Below, piece by piece: positions 1 through 10,337 of a DNA stretch of 64,000 nucleotides. Within the stretch, counting starts at the first letter, position 1. Each line of letters begins with the position of its first letter. The position numbers were made by a program, and so were the translations under genes. Under the pieces are notes generated by a model. The model was not told the DNA's origin and searched no databases. It worked only from the letters and a program-made list of their open reading frames with translations. This DNA comes from Acidobacteriota bacterium (lineage in GTDB: Bacteria > Acidobacteriota > UBA6911 > RPQK01 > JADFOI01): NCBI GenBank assembly GCA_963663035.1, contig OY760074.1, forward strand, positions 1,152,001 through 1,216,000. Reading direction: 5' to 3'.

Positions 1-1387
1 AATCCGCTTCGAGATCGTCCCCGAGAGCTTCGAGGCCGGTATTGGCGTGGACGTGAACACTGAGGTGACACTGGTCAACAACACGGCCCAGCCCTTGGAG
101 ATGCTCGAGATCTCTCTCGAGCCGGGGGAAGCCTGGAGCGTTGATGAGGATGGCCTCAATATCTTTGACATCCTGGAGCCGGGAGGGAAAGCTCAGGCGA
201 CCTTTCAGGTGTGGGCTTCAGAGGGTGCCACCATTGATCGAAACACCCAGCTTTACGCGAGCTACAGGGCGCGGCAGCAAGGTCGTGTGGTTGCTGGCCG
301 CAACTACATGTGGCTCAAAGCCGTGGCTCCCGTCCAGGTTCGTTTCCGCCCGACTTACGATGTTGCAGGCTATCGGGAGTTTGCTCGGGATACCCACACG
401 GACTGGGTCATTGAGTCTTTGCCTACGCGACTTCCATTGACGATCGGTCGGTCCAATCCCGTGACCATTGACGTCATCAATCGCGGCCCGGAACCGGCTG
501 TGGGCGAGGTGCAGTTGAGGCTCGATCCTTCCCAAAAGGGCATTCGCGTGCGGGGCGACCTGGGTTTCAATGTCGCCGCACGATCCAGCTCTTCGGTGAA
601 TTTCGAGCTCGAGGTGACATCGGAGGTGCTTCCCCAAGGTCGACAATCGGCGCGCTTTCCGGTGGAGCTGGAGATCGCTTCCGGTGCCCATCGGAGCGTG
701 GACGCGGCGCAAGTCTACGTGCTTCCCATGCTCCAGATTCCGAGAATAAGTCAAGCACCCAGTGTGGATGGCGATCTGTCGGATATGAGGGGCTTTGCTG
801 GAGGAGCAATCACGCACAAAGATCTTTGGTGGAGGCAGGAGCCCACGGATGATTCTGATTCCAGCGCCTCCTTCCGCATCGCCTACGATGGGGAGAACAT
901 TTACCTTGGAGTCGATGTGCGGGACGACGCCGTGGTCTGCAATATAGCCCCAGATGACGTTCGGGCCCAGCTTCGCTCGGATGCCGTTGGCGTCACCATC
1001 GATCCTTCCGGGAGGAGCCGTGATACCTCTACCGTTATTCAGGCGGCGGCTTTTCCATGCACAACGGAAAGTTTCCAAGCGCGGGGATTTCGAGATGCCG
1101 ATGCAAATCAGGGTGTGATGGAGAAAACCGCACCCGGGATGAAGGTGGCCTCACTCAAGACCGACACCGGCTACACGCTCGAGTTCTCGATTCCATGGCG
1201 GGTGATGCCCGCACAGCCCAGTCCAGGAGACGAGATTGGCATAAACATTGTCATCTATGACGGTGATCAGAAGGATGCGCGCGTGGGCGCCAATATCAGC
1301 GAAAGCGGGCTTGCCTGGGCGTCTTTTCAGTGGGGTGGCAAACAGGCCTTACCCTATCTCTGGCCGCGGGTCATCCTGGAAAAATAG
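1..1387 (+). CDS. 5'-partial secreted protein with Ig/NEW3-like domains and a C-terminal CBM9-like sugar-binding domain
   Basis: Frame is open from the window start. C-terminus has APSVDGDLSD...YLGVDVRDD...GYTLEFSIPW...GINIVIYDGD, the DOMON/CBM9-like pattern. Confidence 0.7.
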   Translation, partial: IRFEIVPESFEAGIGVDVNTEVTLVNNTAQPLEMLEISLEPGEAWSVDEDGLNIFDILEPGGKAQATFQVWASEGATIDRNTQLYASYRARQQGRVVAGRNYMWLKAVAPVQVRFRPTYDVAGYREFARDTHTDWVIESLPTRLPLTIGRSNPVTIDVINRGPEPAVGEVQLRLDPSQKGIRVRGDLGFNVAARSSSSVNFELEVTSEVLPQGRQSARFPVELEIASGAHRSVDAAQVYVLPMLQIPRISQAPSVDGDLSDMRGFAGGAITHKDLWWRQEPTDDSDSSASFRIAYDGENIYLGVDVRDDAVVCNIAPDDVRAQLRSDAVGVTIDPSGRSRDTSTVIQAAAFPCTTESFQARGFRDADANQGVMEKTAPGMKVASLKTDTGYTLEFSIPWRVMPAQPSPGDEIGINIVIYDGDQKDARVGANISESGLAWASFQWGGKQALPYLWPRVILEK

Positions 1388-1393
1388 GCAGGG

Positions 1394-2287
1394 CTAATCA
1401 GTTGCCTTGTGGCTGGTGAGGAGGTCCTTCATCTCCTGGGAACTGGCTAGGCCAAGGGGCGTTTTCCCGTCTGCATCGTTCCCGCTCGACATGCCCTGAT
1501 AGACAGCCACACCCTGCTTGAGCTTGGCGTTGATACGAGCGCCTGCCTTGATGAGCCGCTCGGCGGCGGCCACCTTATCCTGGAGGACGGCATGATGAAG
1601 CGGAGTAGCGCCGTGTTTGTCCTTGGCATCAATCCTGAGGCGATACCGTAGCAGAACGCTGATGACCTCGGTCCTGCCGTACTGGGCGGCATGATGGAGC
1701 ATCGTTCGATCGTCACTCAACTGCCCGCGGGTTTTAGCACCCTTGGCCAGCAGCACTTCAACCACGTCGGGCTTGTTGTCCAGAATGGCCCAGTAAAGAG
1801 GCGCTTCCTCGTGAGCCTTTTTGTAGTTGACCTTGGCACCGTTTCTGATCAGGACTTCGGCCACCTCGGCGTTGTCGGCCAGATGCAGTGGGGTGAGCCC
1901 CTTGGGGTTCTCGGACATCACCTTGGCTTTGCCATCGATGAGGGCCTGGGCCACTTCTGCGTTGGCCGCCAAATGCAGTGGGGTCCGCCCGATGCCGTCC
2001 CCGGCTGACACGTCCGCCCCGGCTGCGATGAGAGCCCTGACCACCTCAGCCGTCGATGCCAGGTGGAGAGGGGTTTGCTTCCTGTAGAGGTCTTCCTGGG
2101 AGCGGGCGTTGGCGAGGGATGAATCATTGCCCAGCAGTTTCCTGATCCCTTCGGCATCGCCTTCCCTGGCGGCTTCGAATATATTGGAGGGTCCCACCAC
2201 GTCGCACCCGGCAAGAGGACTCAGAAGCAAGGCGAGCAGACCACAGCGCGCGATCCTCACCCACCCACGGATGATATTCATGCATGG
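1394..2287 (-). CDS. ankyrin-repeat protein, possible lipoprotein (start uncertain)
   Basis: Repeated TPLHLA/TPLHHA ankyrin motifs. Hydrophobic stretch ending in LAGC lipobox. Confidence 0.85.
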   Translation of the reverse strand, partial: PCMNIIRGWVRIARCGLLALLLSPLAGCDVVGPSNIFEAAREGDAEGIRKLLGNDSSLANARSQEDLYRKQTPLHLASTAEVVRALIAAGADVSAGDGIGRTPLHLAANAEVAQALIDGKAKVMSENPKGLTPLHLADNAEVAEVLIRNGAKVNYKKAHEEAPLYWAILDNKPDVVEVLLAKGAKTRGQLSDDRTMLHHAAQYGRTEVISVLLRYRLRIDAKDKHGATPLHHAVLQDKVAAAERLIKAGARINAKLKQGVAVYQGMSSGNDADGKTPLGLASSQEMKDLLTSHKATD

Positions 2288-2382
2288 CATGTACTGTTTG
2301 TACCCAATTTGGCTGGGCAAAAGTGTGACGCAACTCACCAAAGGGTACGAGTTCGGCACCTGAGGTGCCTCCCACGCATGGA

Positions 2383-2967
2383 TTAGAGCTGGGTGATCCC
2401 GGCAACGGCGGTAACCAGGAGAAGGGAAGAAACGGTAACGCCCCAGAAGACCCACAATTCTCGACGGTCCAGCTGGGAATCTCTGTCGTCGCCTACCGGA
2501 TCTTCCGGGAAAGGGTTCTCGGACTTGCGTGAAATGATCAGGCCAACTGAAAAGGCTATGACCACCAGGCCCACGGAACCCAGGACCTGTGGGTACATAG
2601 GCTCTTTCAGCAAGATGGTTATGACCGGTAAAACCAGCAGCAGTGAAGTGAAGGGACTCTTTCGACTTCCTCCTGTGTCGATCAAAAGATAGGTGAGGAA
2701 AAGAGTATTGGCAGCGACCAACAGAAAGAGCGCCAGGGAGAATCCGAGGGGAGTCATGAGTGCCGTCATTTCAAAACTGCCAAACTTCATCAGCTGGAAC
2801 ATGTCCTCAGTGAAGACCAGCAGTCCCAGGGACATCACGGAGAAAAGTGTCATGGGTCGGAGCAGATGATAGGTTGCCGGGAGCAGGTTGACAGAGACCC
2901 GTAAGATCACGAGAAAAAGGCCTTGCATGACGAAGGCGGCCAGAGTTAGGTGTTGTGTACCGTCCAC
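2383..2967 (-). CDS. hypothetical multi-pass membrane protein
   Basis: 194-aa ORF with about 6 hydrophobic segments, co-oriented with its neighbours. Confidence 0.6.
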   Translation of the reverse strand: MDGTQHLTLAAFVMQGLFLVILRVSVNLLPATYHLLRPMTLFSVMSLGLLVFTEDMFQLMKFGSFEMTALMTPLGFSLALFLLVAANTLFLTYLLIDTGGSRKSPFTSLLLVLPVITILLKEPMYPQVLGSVGLVVIAFSVGLIISRKSENPFPEDPVGDDRDSQLDRRELWVFWGVTVSSLLLVTAVAGITQL

Positions 2968-3015
2968 TGTCTTATCTCCTGGTTTTTCACTGTAGCCAAC
3001 AATTCCGTCACTATC

Positions 3016-4005
3016 TCAACTCCTCTTGCTCAACTCCTCCTGGGTGGCGACCGGAAGAGCCAACCCTCCGCTCCCAGGTTTTCCCTCCTCCTGATTGAAG
3101 AAGCGGCGAACCGTCGGGTAGGCAAAATCGATGTCATCGCAGTGACCAAAGTCGCTTAAGATGTCCTCCCAAATGGTTTCCGCGGTGCCGCGACGCTTCC
3201 TGGGGTCACACAGATATCGAATGGTGAGAAGTACGCCTGAGTCGACCACACTGGTCCAGACTTTAGGGGTCAGTGTTGAGTAGATAATCATTGCCCTCTG
3301 GGCGGACTTGCGGACAGACTGCATGGCGGCTTCGCTCAAATCGGCAGAGTGGGTATCCACGATCTGCTGGAGGATCCTCTTGGCCTTCTCCCAGTCGCTT
3401 TCAAAAGTGATGAGTACCGGGATTTCATTCCAGATGTATTGAAACCCTTTGCTGTAATTGGCGATCACGTCGATGAGAATGCGGCTGTTGAGAATAAGGA
3501 TGACGCGACCGGTGCTCTGATCGGCATCAACCCAATTCCCGATCTCTATGAGCGTAAAGCGAAACAGCCTGATATCAATCACATCGCCTGCGTGCTCTCC
3601 GATCTGAATTCGATCCCCCACCTCAAATGGGCGCTGCCAAAGTAAGTAGAGCCAGCCGGCCACACTGCCAACGAGATCTTTTAGAGCGATGGCCAGACCT
3701 GCAGAAACCAGGCCCAGAAAGGTGCCGATATCCCGAAAGGCGGTGAACCAGATCCGGCCCAGAAGCAGCAGACCCAATACAACTGCCACATAGCTGCTGA
3801 CCTTGCGCGCGTGGTAGCGAAACCGCACGTCTTCGGTTCGCCGAGAGATGATCCACAGGGCAAGGCCCCGCAAGACCATCAGCAGGAACACAACGCCCAG
3901 GGACTGGGCGATCTTGCCCTGGGTGGTGGGGGCCAGGGCCAGAGCTGTTTGCAACCACTCACGAATTAGGGAAATGACGCGACTCCTCTCGCCCGGATAA
4001 TGCAT
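3016..4005 (-). CDS. small-conductance mechanosensitive channel (MscS family); start uncertain
   Basis: GLAIALKDLVGSVAG, RPFEVGDRIQIG and IDFAYPT motifs. Confidence 0.9.
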   Translation of the reverse strand: MHYPGERSRVISLIREWLQTALALAPTTQGKIAQSLGVVFLLMVLRGLALWIISRRTEDVRFRYHARKVSSYVAVVLGLLLLGRIWFTAFRDIGTFLGLVSAGLAIALKDLVGSVAGWLYLLWQRPFEVGDRIQIGEHAGDVIDIRLFRFTLIEIGNWVDADQSTGRVILILNSRILIDVIANYSKGFQYIWNEIPVLITFESDWEKAKRILQQIVDTHSADLSEAAMQSVRKSAQRAMIIYSTLTPKVWTSVVDSGVLLTIRYLCDPRKRRGTAETIWEDILSDFGHCDDIDFAYPTVRRFFNQEEGKPGSGGLALPVATQEELSKRS

Positions 4006-4016
4006 AATCCGGGCTA
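3991..4016. repeat. collapsed palindromic remnant of MITE family A termini
   Basis: GCCCGGATAATGCATAATCCGGGCTA equals the two terminal repeats of the 11406 copy joined with no interior. Confidence 0.7.
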
Positions 4017-4062
4017 GCTTTTAGTTTACGAAATATGCTGAGTGAGAGGAAGTAAGCGGTGT

Positions 4063-5329
4063 TGACCTGCCCCCACGAACGAGTCCACCCTCTATGCTAG
4101 ACCCGGGACCATTTGAAGTCCACTCCAAGGGATTGGATCCAGTGCCTGCGACCTAGGTAGTTTGGCCTCTGGCGCCGGCGGCCGATAGGCCAAGGCGCTG
4201 TGAGGCCGGATCTGATTGTAATCCCTCCGCCAGCGTTCTACCAACACCTTGGCTTCCCCCAGCGTGTCGAAGATCTCCATGTTCAGCAGCTCATCCCGTA
4301 GTTTCCCGTTGAAACTCTCAATGTACCCATTCTCCCAGGGGCTGCCCGGCTCGATGTACAAGGTCCTTACCCCAACAGCCTGCAGCCAGTCCCGGACCGC
4401 CTGTGCCGTAAACTCCGATCCGTTATCGGACCGGATAAACTCAGGCACTCCCCGATCAACGAATAACTCCGCCAGCCGGTCCAACACGTCTTGGTGATTC
4501 ATCTGCCGTTTCACATCAATGGCGAGGCACTCTCTGGTGTACTCATCCAGGATCGTCAATAGCCGAAAGGCTCGCCCATCATGGGTCCGTTCATGCACGA
4601 AATCATAGCTCCAGACGTGGTTCTTGCGAGCCGCTCGTAACCGAACACAGGAACCGTCATTAAGCCACAGCCTCCTTCGTTTCGGCTGTCTGGACGGGAC
4701 TTTCAGCCCTTCTTGTCTCCACAGCCTCTCCACCCGCTTAGGATTCACCTTCCACCCTTCCCCATGAAGTATCGCCGTGACCCGCCGGTAGCCATAACGC
4801 CCGTATTGCGTAGCCAACTCCACCATCCGGGCCACCAATCGGGCCTCATCATCGGGAATTTGCCTTTCCCTTCGCTGGGTCGATCGAACCTGTCCCAGCA
4901 CTTGGCAGGCCCGACGTTCGGAGACTCGCTCTGCTCCTAATCGCTCTCGTACCCACATCACCGCTCGTCTCCTGTTCGCCGGGCCTAGAAGTTTCCCGAG
5001 GACACTTCCTTCAGGATCTGCTTGTCCAAAGACAGATCCGCCACCAGCTTCTTCAACCGGGTATTCTCCTTCTCCAACACCTTCAACCTCTTGGCCTGGT
5101 CCAACCGGAGCCCTCCGTACTCTTTGCGCCACCGGTAGTAGGTCTGCTCGCTCACCCCCATCTGCTTCGACACCTGTCCCACCCTCTGTCCTTGGGCCAG
5201 ACCCACCTCTGCCTCACGCAGCTTCATGATGATCTGTTCTGCCCTAAACCGCTTCCCTGCCATCCTTGCCTCCTTCCTAAACCGGAAATCCTAACATTCA
5301 AACTGGACTCGTTTTAGGGGGCAAGGTCA
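4063..5329 (-). mobile_element. IS3-family insertion sequence (IS407-like), copy 1, 1267 bp
   Basis: TG...CA termini with imperfect IRs (TGACCTGCCCCCACGAACGAGTCCA / TGACCTTGCCCCCTAAAACGAGTCCA). 4-bp TSD GTGT at 4059-4062 and 5330-5333. Confidence 0.97.
4092..5263 (-). CDS. IS3 transposase OrfA/OrfB (programmed -1 frameshift)
   Basis: OrfA HTH at 4985-5263. OrfB DDE motifs [30 protein letters not shown] slippery site at the overlap. Confidence 0.95.
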
Positions 5330-5332
5330 GTG

Positions 5333-5833
5333 TCACAGGGGAAGGGAACTGCTGTCGGCGGCTCCAGCCGTGGATGTGCGGATGACGCCGGTGTGATCAA
5401 TGTAAAACCACCTGGATCCCGTCTGTCCCGGAACGTCAGGTCTTGCCGTTCCCCACCAGGTATAGCGAGAGTTAGCAGGATTGTCCAGGCTGAAATTGTA
5501 GCCATGGCTATCAGCTGCGCCGCGACCGTCGATGAGCCCTTCGTCAAAGAGCTGACCATCCGCGTCGGCATAGCTACCATGCCGGGTGTAATAGAGTTCT
5601 TGGGCGGCAGTCCAGCTTCGCATGTAGGTGATGGCGACTTTCTCGTTGGCCGCATTCTTGGATCGCACAAGGTTTGGAATCGAGAGAGCAGCAATGATGC
5701 CGATGACGGCTACCACGATTAGGAGTTCGATGAGGGTAAACCCCGGACTCCGGACCGGCAAGGCGGCAGGCTGTTTGCCAGCTGTCCTACTGAGTACAAA
5801 AGCTTTCATTATCTTCACAAAGTAGTTTAACAT
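5333..5833 (-). CDS. type IV pilin / prepilin-type N-methylation protein (start may be 5809)
   Basis: G|FTLIELLIVVAVIGIIAALSIP prepilin cleavage motif. Confidence 0.9.
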   Translation of the reverse strand: MLNYFVKIMKAFVLSRTAGKQPAALPVRSPGFTLIELLIVVAVIGIIAALSIPNLVRSKNAANEKVAITYMRSWTAAQELYYTRHGSYADADGQLFDEGLIDGRGAADSHGYNFSLDNPANSRYTWWGTARPDVPGQTGSRWFYIDHTGVIRTSTAGAADSSSLPL

Positions 5834-6128
5834 TAGAAAGTGATAGTGTGCTCCAATCAGGGGATTCGCCGATCATCATGTCTGTTGCTGGAACTGGATC
5901 TCGGGCGTCCATACCCCTTCCTGTAACTGCCCACACCATGTGAAGAAGCACAAAGCGTGCCAGAAAGCCAGGTGTTGCTGTTAAGTTTAAATATATCAAT
6001 AGTTTAAAGGTAGAGGAGGAGCCGTGACCAGGGCTATTGAAAAGCTATGTCTTGCCACTCCCCGACGCCAAAAGTGCCGGATTTTGTCATGAGCAGGTCC
6101 TGCCTCTAATGCTTGCACTGGAATCTGA

Positions 6129-6494
6129 ATGAGACTTCTCTTTGTCCTTTCGGCAGGGCTGCTCTTGCCGGTGATCATTCTCTGGAGCTTGAGTAGCTCC
6201 TCCCTTGAGATGTCCCTGGAATGGGAGCTGGCCGTGATCAATGCCGGGGAACAGGTGCCTTCTGACCACCCAACGGTGTCTGAGTTTCGGATACTCCTGG
6301 ATCGCCTTGAGAAGAAGAGCTCCAATCCCAGACGTGAGATAGGGGATATTTGCATCACGGCGTACTTGTGGAGGAAAGAGAGGGGCAGCTTTGAGACACT
6401 GCTGGAGTTTACAGAAGTGGTTGATCGAGCGATCCCCGCAGATCTGGCCATGGAGATGGACCTCAAGCAGCTCGTACAAGCGATGCTGGAGTAA
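6129..6494 (+). CDS. hypothetical protein with N-terminal hydrophobic anchor
   Basis: 121-aa ORF with signal/TM-like N-terminus, ending just before a MITE. Confidence 0.55.
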   Translation: MRLLFVLSAGLLLPVIILWSLSSSSLEMSLEWELAVINAGEQVPSDHPTVSEFRILLDRLEKKSSNPRREIGDICITAYLWRKERGSFETLLEFTEVVDRAIPADLAMEMDLKQLVQAMLE

Positions 6495-6705
6495 TAGCCC
6501 GCACTTCTCACACCCGCTCTACTGCAGCGCCGCAATGATCCGCCCTGACTGCGTTGCACGACCCGCAAGCGGGTACCCCTCGGCTCCTCAACGTATTCAA
6601 GAATACGTTTGCGGGGGTCGACCCGCACGCGGGTACCCCTCACGCGCCTTGTCAGGCCGGCCCTTCCGCCGCTTCGCGACGAGCTGGTGTGAGAAATGCG
6701 GGCTA
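6495..6705. mobile_element. MITE/REP-like element family A, copy 1
   Basis: TIR TAGCCCGCA(C/T)TTCTCACAC. Internal GCGGGTACCCC and ACGTA...TACGT palindromes are shared with 4 other copies. Confidence 0.85.
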
Positions 6706-6740
6706 GGAGTGGCCTCAGGCCGCGAAGAGGTGTCTAACTC

Positions 6741-9038
6741 TTACTTCATGCAGACGGAACGTACCTGGCGAATGTCAGTGTAGCCCTTGAAAACTTTCAT
6801 GATGCCATCCTGCTTGAGGGTAGTCATCCCGTCAGCTCGGGCCTGTGCCCGAATCTCCAGCATGGGGCTTTTCTGCTGAATCATGTGCTTGATTTCGTCG
6901 GTACCCTCCAGCAACTCGTGAATTGCGATACGACCGCGGTAACCACAGTCGTTGCATACCCCACAACCTTTGGCACGATAAAGGGTCAGATCCTTGGTGA
7001 GCTGGAGACCGGTCTTTTCGAAGTCCTCCAGCCCATACTCGGTGGCCAGACTTTGAAACTCGTCCTGCAATGGGTGGTAGGCTTCCTTGCATTCTGTACA
7101 CAGGATTCGCGCCAGACGCTGGGCCATGATTCCCAGCAAGGCATCGGCGAAGTTGAAGGGATCCATACCCATATCCAGCAAGCGGATGATGGTTTCTGGC
7201 GCACTGTTGGTATGGAGGGTACTGAGGACCAGATGACCGGTGAGAGAAGCCTCGATTCCAATCTCACAAGTCTCTTCGTCGCGCATCTCACCCACCATGA
7301 TTACATCGGGGTCAGCACGGAGAAAGGCCCTCATGGCTCGAGCAAAAGTAAAACCGATTTTCGGTTGCACCTGAACCTGGCGAAGGCCGACCTGTGTGAT
7401 TTCCACCGGGTCCTCGGCAGTCCAGATCTTGCGTTCGGGCGTATTGATGAACTTCAAACCCGAGTGCAGGGTAGTGGTTTTGCCCGATCCGGTTGGCCCC
7501 ACCACCAGGACAATTCCGTAGGGCAACTGGACGATCCGTTCGAAAAGCTCCTTATTTCGCTCGCTGAAGTTCATTTTTTCCAGCGAAATGGGTTCTCCTG
7601 AACCCAAAATACGCATGACAACATCTTCGAGTCCGCCCGTAGTGGGCAGTGTGGCGACACGAAGCTCGATGTCTCTGCCCCCGTATTTCTTGAATTGTAT
7701 TTTGCCATCCTGGGGCAATCTTCTTTCTGTGATGTCCAGGTCGGACATGATCTTGATTCTGGACACGAGAGCCTTTTTGAACTGGTAGGGGACGGTCTGG
7801 TAGCGGGAACAGGTGCCATCAATTCGGAAGCGGATATCCATGGGCCTGCGGCCCGGATAGGGTTCCAGGTGAATATCAGAAACTCGCTGGTTGTAGCCGT
7901 CGTTGATAATCTTGTTGGCCAACTGGGCAATGGCGCTGTCACTTTCGGAATATTCTTCACTCTCATCCTCTGCTGCTTCGTCACTATCCAGCTGGGCCAT
8001 GATGTCTTCCATGGAGCCCTCGTCGACCGGCCCTCCAAAGAAGTATTCAACGAACTTGAGAATGTCCTCTTTCAGCCCAACGCAGTACTCAATTTGGGTG
8101 GTCTTGAGCAAGGTCTGCGCCATGTCTCGTTTGGCCAGATGGTTCACGTCATCCATCAGGACACTGACGCTGCCGTCCTTGTTTTTTCCCAGCGGGACCC
8201 AGAAATTGGTGCGCAGGTAGGTTTTCTTCAAGTTCTGGAGTAACTCACCCGGGATGGGGAGTTTGTCATCAAATTTGAGAAACCGGCATTTGTAAAATTC
8301 ACTCAGGGCCGCACCGATGTTGTCCTTACTGACCCTGAAATTCTTCATCAGGATCTGTTCCACATCTTGTCCTGACTGGCGTGCCTTGGTGATCGTTTTA
8401 TCGAGCTCCTCCTGGGTCACCAGGCCCTTGCTGGTCAGGTAATCAAAGCGGGTGGGGCGCCGACGGGCTAACCGCTGTTGGGTTTGAAATGCAATCGCCA
8501 GAATCTTGGCGATCTCCTGAGCAGAAGTCTCGTCATCCCGTGTGAACTTGGACCCGTCCTTGCGGTTGATGAGCTGCAAAACGCCCAAGATGTTGCTTTC
8601 CAATTGAATCGGTGCAGCCAGAATCTGGGTTGTGCGATAGCCGCTCTGGGTATCAAAGCTCTTGTCGAACTTCAGATCGGGGTGGATGGCCTGGACCTCC
8701 GCATCAGCGTAGGCGTCAGCAATATTGAGGATTGTTCCAGTCAAGGCCGTGTAGCCGGCAATGCTGGCGGCACTGATGGGGACTCTTATTTCACTCAGTT
8801 CAGTTCCGACCTTAAAACGTGAAAAGAGCTCCTTTGAGGTATTATCAATGACGTAGATTGTGATCCGGTCCGACTTGAAAAGGAAGAGGATGCGGTCCTT
8901 GAGGTCAATGAGAATCGAGTCGAGATTCTCAGCTGCGTTGATCTCGTTGGTGATTTCTTGCAGAGACTGGCGATATGCCAGTTGGGCCTTTAACTCCTTG
9001 ACATCTGTAGCGCCCTTTTCAGCGTATTGAAAAGCCAT
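6741..9038 (-). CDS. GspE/PilB-family ATPase with N-terminal GAF domain
   Basis: GAF (LGVLQLINRKDG..FT..DE), SDIHLEP, Walker A GPTGSGKTT, LRADPDVIMVGEMRD and tetracysteine motif. Confidence 0.92.
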   Translation of the reverse strand: MAFQYAEKGATDVKELKAQLAYRQSLQEITNEINAAENLDSILIDLKDRILFLFKSDRITIYVIDNTSKELFSRFKVGTELSEIRVPISAASIAGYTALTGTILNIADAYADAEVQAIHPDLKFDKSFDTQSGYRTTQILAAPIQLESNILGVLQLINRKDGSKFTRDDETSAQEIAKILAIAFQTQQRLARRRPTRFDYLTSKGLVTQEELDKTITKARQSGQDVEQILMKNFRVSKDNIGAALSEFYKCRFLKFDDKLPIPGELLQNLKKTYLRTNFWVPLGKNKDGSVSVLMDDVNHLAKRDMAQTLLKTTQIEYCVGLKEDILKFVEYFFGGPVDEGSMEDIMAQLDSDEAAEDESEEYSESDSAIAQLANKIINDGYNQRVSDIHLEPYPGRRPMDIRFRIDGTCSRYQTVPYQFKKALVSRIKIMSDLDITERRLPQDGKIQFKKYGGRDIELRVATLPTTGGLEDVVMRILGSGEPISLEKMNFSERNKELFERIVQLPYGIVLVVGPTGSGKTTTLHSGLKFINTPERKIWTAEDPVEITQVGLRQVQVQPKIGFTFARAMRAFLRADPDVIMVGEMRDEETCEIGIEASLTGHLVLSTLHTNSAPETIIRLLDMGMDPFNFADALLGIMAQRLARILCTECKEAYHPLQDEFQSLATEYGLEDFEKTGLQLTKDLTLYRAKGCGVCNDCGYRGRIAIHELLEGTDEIKHMIQQKSPMLEIRAQARADGMTTLKQDGIMKVFKGYTDIRQVRSVCMK

Positions 9039-9200
9039 GTTCGGACACACCTTAGGCGGTGAAGGGGCCCCTTGAAGACGCCCTGACAGTCACCATTCCC
9101 CTTATGACCTACTTTAGCGTTTTCTCTCGTTAAGGGTCAAGCTACCTGGGAGGAGCATACCAGAGGTGCCGATGCAGTAGAGCGGTGTGAGGAGTACGGG

Positions 9201-10328
9201 CTAGTGGTGGCCCATAATGTCCCTGCGCATGCGAAAGTCGGGCTTTTTCCCTTCCCCCTTGCCGCGCTTCAAATCGGCGGCCTGAATACGCAATCGCAGG
9301 TTATTGGCACTGTCGGCGTTGGCCAAAGCCGAGTCGACATCGATTTTCCCGCTCATGTAGAGATTGAAGACGGCCGTGTCAAAGGGCTGGCAACCCTCTT
9401 GTTCTCCCTGTTCTATGGCTTCCTTGAGCATCTCGATTTGGCCCTTTCTGATCAAGTCCTTGATTCGAGGTGTATCCAGCAAAATTTCAACGGCCGGAAG
9501 CCGCGTACCGTCGTGAGTTTTGATCAGCCGCTGGGACAGAATCGCCCGGAGATTCAGGGAAAGCTGCAGATAAATCTGGCGATGCCGCTCCTCATCAAAG
9601 AAGTTCAGGATGCGTTCAATGGCCTGGCTGGCGTTGTTGGAGTGAAGAGTCGCCAGGCACAAATGACCGGTCTCGGAGAAAGAAATGGCGGCTTCCATCG
9701 TCTCCAAATCACGTATTTCACCGATCAGAATCACGTCCGGTGCCTGCCGCAAAGTGTTCTTCAGAGCGGCCTGGAAAGAAATCGTATCGTAGCCGACTTC
9801 GCGCTGGGTGATGACACACTGCTTGTGAGAATGGAGAAACTCCACTGGATCTTCAATGGAGATGATGTGGCCGGCCGAGGTGGAATTACGATGATCGATC
9901 ATCGCTGCCAGCGTGCTGGATTTACCGCAGCCCGTGGCACCCACCACCAGGAGGAGGCCACGCTTGCTCATGACGATGTCCTGTAGAATCGTGGGTAAGT
10001 TGAGATGCTCAATGTTCATGATCTCAAATTTGATCTGTCGGATGACCAATCCCGGGCTGCCTCGCTGCTGAAAGACATTGACGCGAAAGCGACCCAGGTC
10101 TTCGTAGCCCAGAGCAAGGTTCATCTCCCTGGTATCGGCGAACATTTTCTTTTGCCTCTCATCCATGATCGACTGGCACAGGACTGCCAGTTCTTCCCGG
10201 GTGAGTACTTGGCCGCTCCCAGAATAAATCGTTCCCTCGATCCGAAACATGGCGGGGAGACCCACGGTCAGATAGATATCCGAAGCGTCCTTGGTCACCA
10301 TCTCTGATAAGAAATCACGAATCTGCAT
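9201..10328 (-). CDS. pilU: PilT/PilU-family pilus retraction ATPase
   Basis: GATGCGKSS, LRQAPDVILIGEIRD, TLHSNNASQAIERI; directly downstream of pilT. Confidence 0.88.
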   Translation of the reverse strand: MQIRDFLSEMVTKDASDIYLTVGLPAMFRIEGTIYSGSGQVLTREELAVLCQSIMDERQKKMFADTREMNLALGYEDLGRFRVNVFQQRGSPGLVIRQIKFEIMNIEHLNLPTILQDIVMSKRGLLLVVGATGCGKSSTLAAMIDHRNSTSAGHIISIEDPVEFLHSHKQCVITQREVGYDTISFQAALKNTLRQAPDVILIGEIRDLETMEAAISFSETGHLCLATLHSNNASQAIERILNFFDEERHRQIYLQLSLNLRAILSQRLIKTHDGTRLPAVEILLDTPRIKDLIRKGQIEMLKEAIEQGEQEGCQPFDTAVFNLYMSGKIDVDSALANADSANNLRLRIQAADLKRGKGEGKKPDFRMRRDIMGHH

Positions 10329-10337
10329 GGCTTTCCC

